IMG/VR virus record: IMGVR_UViG_3300045988_151219
Location: 1 to 64,000 of that record
Length of the DNA: 64,000 nucleotides
Direction: 5' to 3' (one strand)
Source of the DNA: a virus
The position numbers and the translations under genes are program-made. Of the stretch, positions 63,302 through 64,000 are shown one piece after another (within the stretch, counting starts at the first letter, position 1; every line of letters begins with the position of its first letter). The notes beneath the pieces were generated by a model. That model made no database searches and was not told the DNA's origin. It saw only the letters and a program-made list of their open reading frames with translations.

Positions 63302-64000
63302 TACATTTCATCTCCCATCTCTTCTTCAGGAACTCCCTCTTCAAAATCGTCTGATAAATCCTTCTGAATAATAGAAGGTGTTTTTTCTTCTTTAGGCATT
63401 ATATTATCCCATAACTCTTTGAGGTTAAGCATCTTAGCTAAAATATATTCATACAAAGCGTCTTTGTCTATCTTCTTAAAGAACTCTTCATCTTCGGAGA
63501 TAATAGATTTTAAAGTTTGTGCCATAGTCAACGTGTCATTTAATGTAGTTGACCTGTCATTTTCCTCTGCTGAATAAAGTCTCGGAAGTACAATTGTAAA
63601 CTTATTGCAGTCAGCTTCTCGCCCTTGTGTATATAAATAATAATCACACAAAGCTTTAATGCCTACAGCTAAACATGCCTGGCAATGTCTAACCATTCTA
63701 CTATATCTAACGTCTATCTTCAAAAGGCTCTGATTGCCTATTCCGCCTGAAACATCTTCTGCATCTCCTAAATAAGCTTTCGGTATCTTTAAAGCTCCGA
63801 AAAGTTTTGTTCTATAATAATCTAAATCAAGAAGTGCTTTAATATCCATGTCTCCGCCAACAGTGTCTACAGTAACATCACCTTTACCGTTTCGTGTAGG
63901 AACATATATAGACCCACCTAACGGTAACGGCTGGTTGCGACTGGAATACTTCTTTCCTGGAATATCAACAGTTTCTGTTTTAGTAATCGCTTTCTGAAAT
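63301..64000 (-). CDS. putative portal protein, C-terminal part (gene starts beyond the window)
   Basis: The track ORF starts at an internal Met (63849), but the frame stays open to 64000 (...QKAITKTETVDIPGKKYSSRNQPLPLGGSIYVPTRNGKGDVTVDTVGGDMDIKALLDLDYYRTKLF...). It has an acidic C-terminal tail, DDFEEGVPEEEMGDEM. The call rests on position upstream of the protease and capsid genes and on general resemblance, not on a search. Confidence 0.5.
   Translation of the reverse strand, partial: FQKAITKTETVDIPGKKYSSRNQPLPLGGSIYVPTRNGKGDVTVDTVGGDMDIKALLDLDYYRTKLFGALKIPKAYLGDAEDVSGGIGNQSLLKIDVRYSRMVRHCQACLAVGIKALCDYYLYTQGREADCNKFTIVLPRLYSAEENDRSTTLNDTLTMAQTLKSIISEDEEFFKKIDKDALYEYILAKMLNLKELWDNIMPKEEKTPSIIQKDLSDDFEEGVPEEEMGDEM

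Noticed and set aside
1-64000. Alternative genetic code (stop-codon reassignment), as seen in some large gut phages.
   Set aside because: Long uninterrupted ORFs (up to 1174 codons) with recognisable domains are obtained with the standard code. Only one suspicious in-frame TAA (6250-6252) was found, which is reported separately.
1-64000. Prophage boundaries, integrase, att sites or lysogeny genes.
   Set aside because: None is recognisable in this window, so whether the element is a prophage or a lytic phage cannot be decided from these 64 kb.

Overview
The window reads as about 64 kb of the virion-structure region of a large, AT-rich, contractile-tailed phage or prophage. Every convincing gene is on the minus strand and genes are tightly packed. 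All plus-strand ORFs in the track look like antisense artefacts. All family calls rest on motifs read by eye, because no database search, fold prediction or composition statistic could be run.

Gene order in the direction of transcription (high to low coordinates):
- Portal C-terminus (partial).
- Small ORF, then a degenerate free-standing Hint-domain ORF.
- Tandem array of six paralogous genes of unknown function, one of them decayed.
- Double-AAA MoxR-like ATPase, then an HExxH-metallopeptidase/vWA protein.
- T4 gp21-type prohead protease fused to a scaffold, then the major capsid protein.
- Neck genes, then the tail sheath.
- An 8.5 kb accessory island: three proteins with a shared N-terminal tag ending LNE, a beta-helix repeat gene, membrane micro-ORFs, a lipoprotein, a dTMP-kinase-like gene and a split homing endonuclease.
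- Tail tube, a Flg_new-domain protein, tail chaperones and the tape measure.
- A Mu/P2-type baseplate with homologues of gpX, gpD, gpV, gpW, gpJ and gpI.
- A 1174-aa structural protein.
- A long battery of tail-fibre and receptor-binding genes, interrupted by two radical-SAM/SPASM maturases with partner ORFs.

Most noteworthy observations:
1. The twin rSAM/SPASM cassette sits next to a fibre that ends in a Cys-rich tail.
2. The six-gene paralog array has a conserved 3' block that also carries the ribosome-binding site (SD) of the next gene.
3. The three tagged proteins look like T4-style protease-processed internal head proteins.
4. The AAA/vWA pair lies inside the head module.
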